This document shows, one piece after another, positions 32,801-47,910 of a DNA stretch of 64,000 bases (position 1 is the first letter of the stretch; each line of letters starts with the position of its first letter). The notes beneath the pieces are model-generated. The model was given only the letters and a program-made list of their open reading frames with translations. It was not told where the DNA came from and did not search any database. Origin of the DNA: Catajapyx aquilonaris (Eukaryota); the NCBI GenBank assembly GCA_000934665.2, contig KZ538353.1:1-64000 (forward strand). The letters are read 5' to 3'. The position numbers and the translations under genes were made by a program.

Positions 32801-35800
32801 TTTGGGGATACATGAGGGCACTTCTGGATATGAACTCCATGTTGAGCTTGGATGTAGAGGTGTTCAGGTGTACTCAACTCTCGACAGACTGCTCTCTTTG
32901 CTTGCCTGTGAATGACTCTCCTAGTTGGTGTTGTAAAAGTTATTTCGAGCCTTTCAACTTGTTAGGGGGCCACATGTACAGGTGCTGTAGGGGCAGACTA
33001 CACACTGCGCTTCAGCGAATTACGCGTGACTAATTGAAATAGCACTGCTTTATTAAATGTTTTACGGTGTGTCCTTCCGATGCGGAATGAATAGCCGACG
33101 TGCAAATCCTTTTCAGCTGTACCAAGGGAATCACCGAATTTCCTAAGGAGGAGAAACATGCTCGGCAATTCTGCTAACCCGATTCAAGGAGCATCAATTG
33201 CGATCTTCATAGCTTTGCGATTTGGCCATAATAACGTTGATGCCACCTCTGATTTGAAACAAAATGTTCGGAGGAACACAGACGCCAATGAAAATTGTTA
33301 TTGCCTGCCATTTGCGACAATAAGTGGATTCTTATATTCATATCGCAGAATTGTTGATCGTTTGGGTAAATATGCGTAATTAAAAGCTAATCCCGTTTCC
33401 GTGCACTAAATGAAGTATCTTGTAGCCCGGGTGTGTCACTCATCCTGGAAACTACGTAACCAAGGCATCTCTATCGTGCCACGTGTTACGGCCGTGCAGG
33501 GGATGACTCGTCTGTATACTTGACGTAGGTCTCTCTATTTACAAAAGCTTTTGACGCACAATACTTTATACCTTTATTGAATCTGTCAGGGATCTCTGCT
33601 CTTCACATATAATTTGGAGTGTCTGTAGCGAGTATAGGGGGAATTTGTAATATGCACGCCACATGTTGTCTGTGGCTAATTTAAAGAATGCTAATAAAAT
33701 ACGATTTTAAAATTCAGGTGCAGTATAAAACCAGAACTGTGTAGATCAGCACTGTGAACTGCAAATTTTACGAATCTTAAATTTTTTGTGCCAGTGTTTG
33801 CGTTGTTATTCTTATTATACTATTGTTTTTCCTTTTGGCGGGAAGCATGATTTAGCTGGTCAGCTTTACAAGCTTTGTGGCGTGTTGTGGAACACACGGT
33901 ACACATCACGGCGGGATTAGTTACAGTGCAAATATCAGTGAGTGCATGGGAGGAAAAAAGTGTCCATGGCGTGCTTTAGCACCGTGGCTGTTTTTAGCGC
34001 AGTGGGCAAATCTGGCTTGCTTATTCATGGAACGTATTTCTCGCTAATATGCCAAGATCATTTTAGCGACGTTAAGTGTAGGCGGTAGTCATTTTCGCGA
34101 ATTCCAGGCGCATAAAGTAGATGTGGAAATAAGGTTTAAAATTGCCGGCTTTTACGTGTGGAGATTAATTATTATTATTATATGCATTTGACAAGTGTGA
34201 CTTTGAAGTCGCAGTCGAAATGGCAGATCCCGTCGTTAAGGTGTTATGAGAATCGTAATCTGGGCGTAGTTTGGCTGGAAATGAAGGAAACCTGTGCTAT
34301 TATCCCTAAGAGCGGGAAATCATAACATTGATGCATTTGATGCGTGACACTGGTGTCAGTATCGCCATGCCAGCGGCATGACTAACGAGACGTGATCTGG
34401 AGATAGGCTATGCAGCCAGACAAAAGAGAGAGAGAGGAATAGCGGTTGAATGAGAACCCGTTGATATATAAATATGGGAGCCCGCAGATATAGGTAAAGT
34501 TTGGCTATAGCCATGTGCAAGGTCGGCTATAGGACTAGTATACTGTATATTATATATAGTATTATAAGAGGCGAGCGAGCGAGCGGTGAGCTTTATCTAA
34601 AGTTCGGGGAATGGGGATGCGACATGCAGTTATCTGACTGGGTATTAGGAATTTCTTATCAGAGAAAAGGCTTTTAATAAAAGTTAAAGTGCGGGTTGGC
34701 TGGAGGGCGGTGCTGTGGTATAGCTGGTAGCGCTCCAGATGACATTGAAATAGGTCTCCTTTTGGGCGTAGTTTTGTTCGGCGTAAAATAAACACCGCAC
34801 TTTTCATCGAAACGGCGTCTTTTCCTTCTTCCTGCGGGGCAGTATTTCTTCATCGCGGCAAGCAAGTCGAAGTTTCCTCTAAAGTCAGCGCTGACAAGAC
34901 TAAGGCCGTTATTAGGCTTTTGGAGTAAGTTATCACTGCAATTCGCAGTTGTGTCTTTTTGTGTCCCCGGTAGCTGGCGGTTTCAAATCCGTGTACCGCA
35001 GGAATGCCAATGATAAATTCCACCGGCTGCAATAACCTCTCATTCGTACACGAAATAAAGGGCTTTGACCAGTGTTATCACAGCCATATATTTATGAGAA
35101 CCACAATCTTTTTCGGCATTACACTCATTCTTGTAATATTCGGTGAATTTATGTGCTGCAAATATTGCATCGGCGCGGGGCGGCTTGATATTGTCAGCGG
35201 CGGAGTGTGTCAGTGTTATTAAAATCGGGGCGTGATGGATGGCGGGCCCATTGTGCCCACCGTATTGATACAGTGAAATTGCACGCGGTGATAGAGTAGG
35301 GATGACCAGGGTGGCAGCGCCCCGTCTTCATGAAATATGAGTTTACCCGCCGCTCGCAGTTGTACCACAATATTACAAGCGGCTCATCCGGAGGGCCCCC
35401 GAGCCCACTTGATGACTACTTTTGTCATGGCGACAGAAAGAGGAGCTAGGCACCGACCAACCATCATCCATATAACAACGCTTTGCTCTATATGCTACGT
35501 CAGACACCCCCCTCTCTCATCCCTCTCACTATATAATACATTTTGCCTGCTGCTACTGGAATGGGATGATGCTATATGTATACCGACACAATGGACCGAC
35601 CCGATGCTGGATGGATGCACAACACTCATCCCACTAATCTCAATCATAATGTTTCTCCACGCTGACAATTATTGGAACTAATGAAAACCTGGCCCTCACC
35701 CATGGGAAGCCTGCTGTTTTCATTCTTGCTTACAGGAGTTATAGCTGCACTCCGGTCGGATACAAATAGGAGCAGCGTCGGAAAATTTATATTGAACGCG

Positions 35801-36669
35801 TGCTGATAGGTATATCGAACCATTAATCTCATTTGATTAGTTGGAGCCAAAGTTGATGGCATAACTGGCTTTGGTGGTTTTGTCCGGTATTATTTGCACA
35901 CCTTGGTATAAATCTCCCTTGCAGAAGTACAGAAAAATCAGACAGCCGCTTTTTCCTGGTGAAAATAAGAGATGGAGGACGTAAAAATTGATGGTGTGTG
36001 AGATTGTGGGAAATGTGATTAGACCGTCACGTACAGGCCTACAACGTAATCACTGCATAACTTGTTTCCACAGCACTGCAAATATTATCTGTATACTGAC
36101 AAGGAGGAAATAAAGTGAACCGGGCAGTAAGTGAAGTAAGAAAGACGCACATGCTAGCTAACTTCCAGGGTGTGTTGAGGATGAGAATCAAGGTCATACT
36201 TTTTAGTGGTAGAAAGTAAACGTTAAATAAGCTAATAACAATGTATCATTTTGTCTTTATTATTTTTGCTTCAAGTGTGGCATATTTTGTGAGTAAACGT
36301 CGCGTCATCTTGTCGATTACATCACCTTGAAGTTTACAATATACGAGGATTTGTACTGCTGGTGAACGCTAGAAATATTTTTGTTTACCTGAAGTCTCCC
36401 CACTTGTATACATGAGAACAGCAAATGTGCCTAGACACCAAGAGTTTGCGGACGACCAGTTGAAAAAGTGCATTGTATAGGGTTTTCACCAAACTTTATA
36501 ACATTGACAGGTGAATCGCTATTTGTGTTGAAATTCGTCGGACGTCAGAGTTTTTACAAGCTTATCTACGATGATCCCTGTGTATATTACCGCGTTCCAT
36601 GTATACCACCTGGTCGCGATTTGTTTAAAGAATTTTCCACATTCAACAGAGAGAAACATAATGGCTCAA

Positions 36670-37230
36670 ACTTTAGATAACAGCTCGCACAAACCCCATG
36701 TCGATTGAAACACTTTTCGAGTTGTGGTACCAAATTTTGTGAGACCATGCATTGTACTCTCGCCGCCAATTCCATTCCTTCGTCTCTTTGACACACCCTA
36801 CATTCTCGCCTGCCAAAAAATTTGTGTAGGTGGTGAAACAAGTATAGTGATCACTTGTCGCAAGGACTGGATCATGGTTTGGACTGTTTGCAGGATGCTC
36901 AAAGACTTTCCACTCGAATTTCTGGAGAAAGAATCACGACAATACCTGCTGACTGTGGTGGTGTATTACTCAAAGCCTCAAACAGTTCAAGTACAGGACA
37001 TTTTTTTAAAGCACTCGGACTCAGTCCATGGCCAGGACCTTTCACCGAATGACTTTCACTTGTGAATGGCAGGCCCCATGAAATTTTTGCAATAGAGATT
37101 TTCAGGAGTGACCATGATTGAGACAAAGGCATATAGGTTTGGCGGCGAAAGGGCTAGACATAGTCATACATAATCTGGCCCCACAGTTACAAAAATGTTT
37201 CAGCCGACATGGAGTTTGTGAGTGATGGTA
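36670..37230. mobile_element. Two decayed mariner transposase 3' halves in inverted orientation
   Basis: Minus arm: LQKFEWKVFEHPANSP (36927-36880)..LATSD..LFHHLHKFFG..NLVPQLEKCFNRHG. Plus arm: LKQFK (36977)..DLSPNDFHL (37036-37062)..NLAPQLQKCFSRHG. Both match the mariner W..L.HPPYSPDLAPSD(F/Y)HLF motif and C-terminus; both are frameshifted. Confidence 0.8.
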
Positions 37231-40200
37231 TATACGTATGGCGAAAGACATGCGTTATTATGAGGCTAGTTGATGTTTGAAAAGCTTTCTCTGTCAAACG
37301 ATGCTTTTGGTAAGTAGCTTTTAGATTTGAGATAATTCGATGCTTTTCAGCTTGGACGGGAAGCATGATGGTAATGGATCCCTGATGCTGTGTACGGATG
37401 TCTGTACCATGTTGTCGAAATCGTTTAGTGGCTCTTCTGCATGGAGGTGCGACGTGGCAGGTTACATGCCTGCATTTGCTACCCGTTTTAAAGCCTTATT
37501 ACATCTATAGTGCAGCACCTTGTACACCATAATGCACTTGCGATCATATCAAGCCGCACTCATGTCGGAATGGAAATGCGATGGAGGAAACTGCTCTGCC
37601 TATAATCGAATCCGCAAATGAAGCCATCTGGTAATATTATACTTTGGACAGGTCGCATGGTGTCCACATTCACTTGGAAATAGCTCGACGTTCTCTTTCC
37701 AATAGCCATGACAGCTCCGGGAGTATAATGACCTAACCACTGGCTGTCACGCAAACTTTTGGGAACTCGTTACACTGCGCGTAATAGAGTTTGTTTCAAT
37801 GCACTTTGACAGTGCGATTATACGGGGCAAAAGTGACATTGCCACAATCTCGCATACGTCCTTGCATCACCGAGTTAATGAAATAGCCGACATACAACCT
37901 GTACATCGAGACAGGGCACTAATTTTTTTTTTCAAAGGGGGGAAAAAAATAAAACAACCAAACAAACAAAAATTGGAAGGTGGTTTTTTTCCCAGGCGAT
38001 GACTGCGACATCTACTAGCGGGATAATGAAACGCGATTTGTCCCGAATATTTTGTTGTTGTTGTTGTTCGCTGCTGACAGGGCACTGCTTCAAAGACTAG
38101 CGAAGTGACTAACCTGTCGGATGAGGGAACCCATCGGCAGTGCATGGCAAGTCGGTGACAGTGACAATAGCTGGGTAGTGTGTACATGAAGGTTGAGCAG
38201 CAGCGTCGGGGTAGCATGCAGCAGGCGAGTCGCGGCTGATCAATGCACATATCATTCGGGAGGCTGTATAGACGGACGCTTGACGCTGTGGTTCGTCATT
38301 GTGGGAAATCGGATGGACGCGCGTTTGACACTTTGACAGGTCGCCCTACCAGCAGGCCGAGAGGGGATGCGGCCCGCGAGCTGTGTACAAAGCCAAGTCG
38401 ACCCATCTGACGTGATGTTCATTAATTTACGCGCACCCCCAATCTGATTTCCTCCTTTTCTCCGCGCTTGCTTTTTCAGCCGGCGGTTTGGGCGCCAAAG
38501 CCCACGATTACGCCTTAATCATTTGGTCTCGATTACGAGTATGCTGTTTGCAGATAATTTTATTGGCATGCCGTCGCGAGCAGCGGCAAGCGCACTTGTG
38601 TCGACAACAAGCCGCTATTAAATGATTGGCATAACTTGAACATGTAATATTAGTAAAATAGCTATGAAACTTCAATTAAGGCATACTTGAAACGTCATCC
38701 CGCCTGTAATGTGGTATATAGAGATTTTTGGGCCGGAAATAGTGCATATAGAGCTGTTGCAGCAGGTCGAGGCTGGCGGCACATGCAATTCTTTGGGACA
38801 TTCTATAGAGAAGGGGGACTGTTACATATGCAAATGGAAGTTTGTCACGATCAATAAAGTGAGGAATAAACCCGTTATAGTTATGGAGGGCTGGTATATT
38901 AACAGCCAAAGTGGAATTCCAACATAAACGAGCGAATTGCACAGCGAGCAGCGCTGAGTGAGCATCTGTATTTTGCGCGCCTCGTGGACTTTGTGAATAA
39001 TTGCAAATTGATATGTCGGTCAGGAATGCGGGTGATTGCAGCTCGATATTAGTGCACAACTTTCTACTGATTGTGTGGGCTGTAGTGCGTTTTAATCGAT
39101 CGTGTGTATTAAAATCATTTGTCATTACCGCAGCGCTGTGTGATGGAAGTATCGGGGCGCGGTAATTTATGCCCAGAATTTTAGTGCATATTTTTTTTGC
39201 CATCTGCCACTGTAATGTCAGCATCTTTGATTGTAAACAACGCCAGTTGATGCAGTGATAATATCGAATTTATTGGCTACTAAGTTAAAAACACCGCGCG
39301 TAATACATTAATCTGCCATCACGGGACGCATATCAGTCGCGGGATTGACAACATTAATGCAAAAAGACTGCAGTGACTGGAATTATTGAAATATCATTGG
39401 ACACAATTAAAGATTAATAAAGGGGGGAACTAGTTGTTTTAACGACACGGAGATGCAAATTGCAATGGATTTTCAGTTGCGTTTTAGGGGGTGCATTGCG
39501 GCCGAAGTTATTTGCGATATTATCCTGGCCGATCCGGCTGTATTTTGGCAGCCTTCTTAATTCTATTCGCGTCAACTCATTTTCTTGGCCAAACAATTTC
39601 GAGGGAAATCGCTAAGCGCTCTAAGGGGAGAGAAATTCCAGCTGCTGCTGCTGCTGCTACAGCCTCCCCCAACATTAATGTGTATCGCAGCAATGGGCCT
39701 AATATCATCGGGACACAAGTTTCTGCGGCTGCTATCAAAAGTTGTGGAAGAAGCAGCAATTTGGGTCGGAGGATGGCGCAGGTTTTCATGAACTTTTCAG
39801 TCGATCATTTGGAGTTGCTTCTATTTCCGATGTCAATCCGACTAATGATCGTGCCGACCGCAGCAAATTACAGCTGGCGAGCCATCTGGTGCAGAGCTGA
39901 GTTGTGTTGTAATATTCCTAATGATGTCTGGATCCGGAGGCAGCAGTTTCTCGGCTGCGAAGAAAAGGGGGGCTGCTGCTGGTTAGGGAAGTACTGGAGG
40001 GTTTGATGGCCTACGTAGTATAGCTCCGATCTATTCTATTCTATCCGATTGTTCCTGCACCCATACCCCGTTTCTGCACCCACAGAATTAATGGCGGAGA
40101 GGTAGCTGCTGCTGGTCTGCCGCCTCTTGCTCTTTTCAATTAAAAATTTTTCTCGTCATTCCGTCCGGCTATAGGGAAAGAAGTTAATTGAAAAGTTTCA

Positions 40201-43200
40201 CATACCAGACTTACTCTTTGCAATCTGGAGAGTGTAATCACGTAGTATTTGGCGCTCGTAGTGTATGGATTTGAGCTACCTCGGGTTGTCACGTGCGGCT
40301 TTTTCGCAAGCCCGGTTTCATTTAGGATTGAGAACAGGAGCAGAATACCTATTGGCCGTTTAATAATAAAAAATCGACACGACTGCAGTGGGGGATTGGC
40401 ACATTTTTGCGAATGCTGCTTTGCCTTGTGACTGTATAGTGCCTGTTGCGGTTGGATGCATCGCAGGATACTTGGAAATGTGTGCATGACAGGATATCAA
40501 CCCGGTGTCAACAATAATATGAGCGATTCATCAGAGTGATAGGCGACAGTCATAAAGCAGTTCTAGAGATATTCTAGTATACGATGCTTCACATGCCTCT
40601 GCCCGTTATTAACTGGTCTATAAGCAAAGATTTTAAATATTATCAGCTTGTCCTTATCCACCCCTTCCAGCCCTCTGTAATTAAATTTTATAGGACTTTT
40701 GTGTATCACATGCTGAGCCGTCTTTTTTAGATTATGGCCAGTGGATTTAAACTATTTGCGATGATATGACGCTGGGTGCAGGATATCATTTATTACAGGG
40801 ATCAGTCGCGAGGAACATCTTTTCATGTGATCCTGCATTGAAACAGGCACCAAGCGGGATAAATTGGGGAGTCAAGAATGCGTTCCTTTTGTAGGGTGCG
40901 TGGGTAATTGCCCGATGAAGCTCATTTTGCCGCACCTTCCCCCCCGAAGTTGTGAATCTCTCTTCTCATTGCGGGTTTTAGACCTCGTCGTTACTTTTGA
41001 CGCGAACTTTGAATTATGACCAATTGATAAATCCACTTTTGCAGCTGCGAAACAAAAGCAGGATTCATAAACCGGGGGGGAGCGTTTGTCACTTTATCAA
41101 TGCAGTCAGTATAGGAGGGGAAGAGGAAACAAGAAACGATAATTCGGTGCGTTTCTCCCTTCAATAGGACCCCATTTTAATATGGGAAACGGAGTGACTC
41201 ATATCGGAATTCCTTACCTGAATCTGGAAGGGAAATGCCAGTTTAGTTAGCGTCGAAATGGCCATGCAATCGTTCCTGCCGGATGAGCTTGAGGGAGGGG
41301 GGGGGGGAGGCAGAATTGATAGTCTACATGTGGAAGGGCTGCTGCATGGTTGGGGAATCATCCTACCCTCCGGGTATACCCGGGTATGCTGTGCAGGGGG
41401 AAACTGCGGGGGTGATACGGTTCTGGTTCACCAGCTGGGCTAACCGTATTAGCGAAGATGTCGCTTCCCTCGAGACTATTTTTGTCGTCAGTTCCCCGGA
41501 ATGGACAGCTATTCATTGAATTTGGGGAAACCCGAATCACCTCGGTCCGCGAGGAATATAAACATGCGTAATATTGCTGGCTGGAGACATTTGGGGCGGA
41601 ACGGTCAAATGAAATGTTTTATGAACACGCCGGTTATGCAATCAAGGAAGTTTTTAAGCCGTTAGGAGATTTGTTGCTGTGTTTTCGGGGAGCCGCATAA
41701 CCCGTCTGACCTCGCAGTTACACGTCGCTTTTTCATGCCACCTGACAGTTTAGTGGGTGCCATTTGCATGGGCGAAGTGACAGGGTGTGCGAGGTGATAA
41801 GTTGTAGCATTTTCTTAGCTGCACGAATGACATTTTCAAATTACGTGCCACTGATTTCGTCACGTAAAAGTAGTAGGGAACATGCGTATGTGTTAATGCC
41901 AACTTTCTTTTGCCGCAAAAGGTCAACTGCATGAACACACTTCCCCATTGCATTGGTGTAACGCGATATTTGCCGCATTCAGGAGGTCCTGAATCTGTTA
42001 AATTTTAATGATTTCTTACCAGCACGATTAAACTCATTAGCACATTTCAGGCGTGGAACGAGGGCAATGCAAAATAGATTCTGGGAGACGTGCAGAAAAG
42101 CCTGGGGAACACTCATTTTGCGTTATCACACCATGGGGCTGTGCCCCTTCCTCGCCGATTGAGGGGGAAGACAAAAAAAAAGAGAGAGAGAATCTGGTAG
42201 TAAAAAAGAAGAAGAAATCGGATGGAAGTGAAGCAGAGATGGCTTATTTATCTTGTAGTCTGAACCGAGTGAAAGCCCCGCCTGGCGAGATGGTGTCTCC
42301 TCCCTCGTCAGTCGTCTCCTTCTTTCAGTTAGGCTTTTGGTTTTGTCCTTTAGCGAGGGGTGGGGGGGATGAAGGTATGCATGATTTGTGGAATGTTTCC
42401 AGCAGGCGGCTCATTTGCACTGACGAACAGTGTCAGTGCAACGGCGTGTGAAATTATCATCCATTGATCAGGGGCGGCTTCATCGCGGGCGTCGCTGCTA
42501 TTTTGCAAGTCATATTTTTGTTCCGATAAAAGACGAATTGAGTGCTGCTGAGGTGACGATGGGCGCGCTAAATGTTCGCTCATAAAAAGTGGAAAATTCA
42601 CTCATTGCGCTTTTACGACGGCAGATTGCATAGAGATTTGGGGGCGGGTGGGGCCGGGGGGAGGGTGCGTTGGCAGCGTCAATCAGAGTGCGTGAGGACA
42701 CTTAATCCGGAGGAATTGTTCCGCAAGAGGGATATACGGCGTAGGCAAGTGGAGTATGCCGAGAAGGCTGTAAAATTGGTTGCTCCGGGGGATAAGGCCC
42801 TGTTTTATAGGCAATGGCAAAATGAATAGAGGAGAAGTGACAGATAATTTCCTCTTCCGAGACTTAATCCGGGTTTATTTGCTTTTACGGTCATGTCGGG
42901 ACCCGAACCTATTCTCTTTCACCGGGAGAAAACTAGTAAACGATGCACTGTCTGAGGACCTGGCTCATATACCTATCTCGGGGACTCGCCGATTCATCTC
43001 CAGGGAAGGTTTTACTTTCTTTTTTTTTCCCCTCCCCCCTATACCGAAACTCCAATGTCTCTGACCATTTCGTCCGACGGGAGCCCGTATATTTTTCGAA
43101 ACGACATGGGTTTTATGATCCTCCATATGCGGGCAAGTATGCTGCGAGCTCAACCTCTGGCAGGAACGAATTGAAGGCGAAAAGGGTGTTGCTGGGAAAG

Positions 43201-46200
43201 AATGTGCCATCTTGTTAGATATTGAGTTATTCATCGGCCGATGAGGAAGGTCGGATGTGACAACAGCCGGGTTGAACCGCCTCCCATACCCCGCCCTCCC
43301 CGACCTTCTTTCCGGTCACGACTGTGACTTGATGTCCCTCCCGGATCTTGAAAATCGCAGAAGCCCCACAGATAGCTAGGGGGGCAGGTGTTGCTCATTT
43401 TATCCACAGACCACAATTTTGTCTCGGGTCGATGCTGCTCGGAATACTATAGTGGGGTGGGGTTTTTTTTTGAGGGGGTGGTGGCGGTGGGACCGCCGCG
43501 TAATGGCAACCCCTCGACACTTTTGCAGCTCGTCGACAGTGCGCATTTATTTCCAGCCTATACTTCCGCTGGTTAGTACCTTCGCGGGCAAAAGGTGCGG
43601 ATGGGTTTAGGGAAAGTTACCCGGTTACGCGTATCTCTCGAAAGATGCTGCCCCCATCCTGTTTATATGCATGGCTATATACTGTATACTTTGTAAGACT
43701 GAAAAGGTAAAAAGGAGATATCGACTGGGGGGCATTGTGGTCGTGGGCGCAACCATCCAAGCAACCGAGGCAAGCACCGAGATATTTCTTTCATCCAGAA
43801 AGATGCCGGATGATGGCCCCGCATCCTTGTTCCCGCATCGGTGCTTTGTTTCCAAAAGCCGCCTGCGGGGAAGACGCTGAGACTCTTTGAATCCGAGGGG
43901 AAAATAACTGAAAAGTTTTGTGAAAAAATTTCAATCATAACGTGAACTCATGCCTGAAAATTGAAATATGTGCTTGATCCTTTGATATCATTTGGCTGTC
44001 AGCAACCATCGAGTCATCTTATTTTTATGGGCGGGAGGTGGGCGCTGTAAAAATGTAATATCGCCGAAATTTAATTTTGCAAATAGAAAGAAAGCCCGGA
44101 AGCCGCTGACCTGCACCGTTGCACAGCCGAGAAGGATGAGGAGATCCGAGAGGAAATTGGAGATGGGGGTGGTGGGATGCTCCTGGGGGGAGGGGAGGCG
44201 AGGTGGGGGGGGGGGGGGGATGAAGGAANCCAGGATTCCCGAGCCCGGGGGGGCGGGCGCTCTTCTTTGACAAGCCCGCAACATTCCGCTTTCTTTTATA
44301 GCCGGGGGCTTGGCGAGGCTTCAAGGGTCGGCCTCCTGTCTTTTCAATGAGGTGCGATCGCCTCGCTCGAGAGGCTTCCTCCTGTCGCACATTGACTGCC
44401 GATGCTTCCACTGACACGTAATATTCGCGCCGGAGTGGATTCCGATCCGCCTTTAATAAGTAGGCCTAGTGGCGGTACTACCAGCACCCCTCCCTCCCCT
44501 CCCCTGCCTGCTTCTGCCTTTATCACATTCACGCTTTCTTCTGTCGAATGGGCCTTCCCTATCCTATTACACCAGGCTTCCAGCACCCTCCACCCCTCTG
44601 CGATTTTGCATAAACAACATTTTCGCTCCATCCCCCCTCCTGGTGTATGGTGTCGTTGTTGCCTTGCAGTGTAATAAGATCGGGCTGCTGTGTTTTTTAG
44701 TGATAAGCACTTTGAATGATTAAATTGATAGGTGGGTGTGTTTGCGTATTTTACGGTTTTTAGCAGCATTGTGCGTTTTACGGTGTGTAGAGGGACATTC
44801 TTATAGTCCATGTACTGAGTGGCCATTTAAATACTGAATTTCTCTCTTTCCTTCAGTTGCGGAGTTTGGTGCAGGAGGTAGGATAATTTCTGTAAACTCC
44901 TTACTCTATTAATTGGCACGGTTTTTATTGACCCAAGTGCAGTATTTTGGGTGTGCAGTAAAATTTAGAGAATGTGATTTGTAATGTCAGATGGATGAAT
45001 TTTGCTTATGTGCTTGATTCTCACTGTTAGTGTGTTGTTTCATTTATAGTTTTATACTCACGCGGACTGGTCCGAATCATCGCCGTGCTATATTGCCTTT
45101 ATAGGCCTAATATGTGACTGGAAAAGTAGCTTCGGGATCTTTATTGGACTGATTTGTGTATAGTCAATGTATGGACTGCAGCCTAATGAATTGTCAGTTC
45201 TGGCAGGAGAGGAAGTTACATGAAGCTCAACCCACGCAATTATATTCGGAGTAATGTTAAATGTCGAGCTTTCAGCGTCTTTCAGCGTCTCGTTTACGGT
45301 TGCCAAGCCGAGAATGGAATTCATTAGAATAACTTAAGAGGCTTGCGGAGGCGAAATGATGAAATCCTTAGGAAGTGTCCGCATAATCTAGTAATGTTTG
45401 TTACCTCGATCCCCCTCCTTTCTATAAGCGAATATCACCAGCAGTATACCGGTGTCGAACATACCACTCCTTTTGCGTTACTGTGTGCCGTATCCATAAA
45501 TTCTGACTCACGGATCTAATCTCGGCACGAAAAAGAGTTGAAACTCTATTCATGGGAACATTGATCGCGATATTAATTTAGTTCATCTGTCGGCTTGGTT
45601 TTTCTGATCGCCCAAGGCACACGCTGTATATGGATGGAAATGGATGGGTCCCTTCATGCAGATAAGTCGCTCTTTCCTGGAAGAGATTAATCGTGCGCAT
45701 TGGCATCGTGCACGTGCATCATGCTTTAACGGGAAACGTTGGTGTGATATGGCCGGGTCCAGCCTTCGTCGGTCGTAAAAACCGCAGAGTACGCTCACAG
45801 TGTGGCCTAGCCACTGTGTTTTTTACAACGAAAAACATGCATCACACATGTCATTATTATCACATAGATAGTAACGGGCAGGGAAAAAACGGCGGCGTAA
45901 AGGCAATGACGATCCGTGGAGGATGTTGCTTAGTACTCTTACCTGGAGGGTCTATGGGCAGTAAAGCAGGGCGCGTGCTGTTGATGGCTGTGATGGCTGT
46001 TTGAGTTTAGAGTCCTCTGCAGAGATTGCACCAGGAAGTGCTACACCGGGACTGATCTCTTGGAATATACTTCTTTGCCTGACAAATCCGACTCTAACGC
46101 CGCTCGGAAATGGGCTTGTGTTGCCACTTGGATTGTGCAACTTATCACGTGATGGGGAACCGAATTGTCAGCGCGTATAGGATAGGAATTTATCTTATCG

Positions 46201-47910
46201 AGAGCCTGCATCAAAACGGTGGCAAGTGTTTTAAAGAGATACAGTGGTGCTTACATGGAAATGAGCACTTTGGGATGAAAAATTGCTAGTAAAAGGTGGG
46301 ATACCAATATGAATTGCCGTTGTGGGGATGTTTTGGAAGAAAGGGCGGCGCTGCGGAGTACTGTCGTATACAGCCGCATGAAATACTAAGTTTCACAATG
46401 TATGTATATAGTCGAAGTCGTCCGTTGAATTTTGAGCTGGAGAGTTGAAAGACATGCGGATCTGCTCCAGTGGAAGTTGTTCGTAATAATGCCAGATGAA
46501 AAGGGGAAACTTAGTTTCATGCTCTAGATTCGGGTTTTACGAAAATCGGCATTTAAATTGTCAATCATGCTAATTTTTCGCTTTCAAATTACGACATGAG
46601 CGGCAGGAAAAGCAATGGATTGTAACTGATTTTCGATACATTCCAATTTCTCACTAGAAGAGATATTTAATGAAAATAGGATTTTGCAACTCTGGGTTGC
46701 ACAAGCTCAAATGGGATAATACAATGCAATGTGGGGGTATGGTTATAGGGACACATCAATATCGCTGGTTCTAGTTTTAATGGACAAATTGTCATCTAAA
46801 ATTTTTTTTAAAAAAGTCACAGTACGATAGTGCTCTTGAAAAATAAAAATAAAATTTCCTTCCTTGTGCCCCTTGTCGTGATTTGCAAAGGGAAAACTGC
46901 AAAGACAGCTTATCACCAGATATGTAGGCTACCATCGCGAGCAAAAAGATGGAGAAGACATGAAAACCAAGTAACTCCTCGTGGTTTTAGTTGTCTCAGC
47001 TGCGCTAACAGAACAAACCTAAACTGCAGCAATGTCGTCTCTATCTTTCTGCTTGTGTTAGTCGCATGTTACATTAAAGCAAAATGAAAACACACACCGC
47101 TCAGAAATTATTGCTTACCACCCTGTCCAACTGTCCAAGCACACAGCCATGTAGCCTGAGTCAAGCCCACGGAATACTTGACTCATGACTATAGTTGTGG
47201 ATATTATGAAGAAAACTCGCTGAGGAAATATGTAAACATTACCACGTTGCAGTCGGCCTTGAGATAATTCCGTGAAGCATATTATGCCTACACAGTAGCC
47301 TATTATCTGTGTCTGTGTATGAGTAGTCTATGTGCCAGCATAAATTATATTGGGTGAATCGAAGGGATGCTGGATTTAAAATGTAGCTGCGTGCAATTTT
47401 CCACTCGGTTTTTTTGCAGTACCGGTATTTAAAAAAATAGATTACGTTAAGCAGCACTTTTATTACATGATTTAGCTTGCTTGTGGAACATAATTATGTT
47501 AATTACGGATTATCATGATTTTTTATGCAGGAAGAGTTAGTGTTTGTGAACAAGTAAAAAGCTGGACAGAAAGAGCAGCCATGTAACCAACAAAATTTCC
47601 GTGTTAGAGTACTACCATATGTATTTCAGTTCATTAATTATTGAAACATAAATGCGGAGAATATTATTTCGGCCGCAGCGTGCTCAGGTGTAAATTTGCT
47701 GGTGCTAATTACTGCGATAACACCACGAATTAATTGCAATATATTGTTATCTGCAGTATACTGATGAACCTCTGATGCTTTTCAAAAAAGTTCGGATGAA
47801 TGTTGTTCTCTCAGCGTATAGCAAGGTACTACATGGGGAAAAGGCGATAAGATTATTAATTTCGGTTCCCAGTTCAAAATCATCTCAATCTTATAATACA
47901 AGTACCGGTA

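Noticed and set aside
32245..32877. Longer intronic ORFs (also 21508-22050, 38676-39224, 62548-63144)
   Set aside because: No recognisable domains, unnatural composition and no consistent splice context.
35275..35300. 11-nt match to miR-124 (GCACGCGGTGA)
   Set aside because: The seed is absent and there is no precursor hairpin; chance match.
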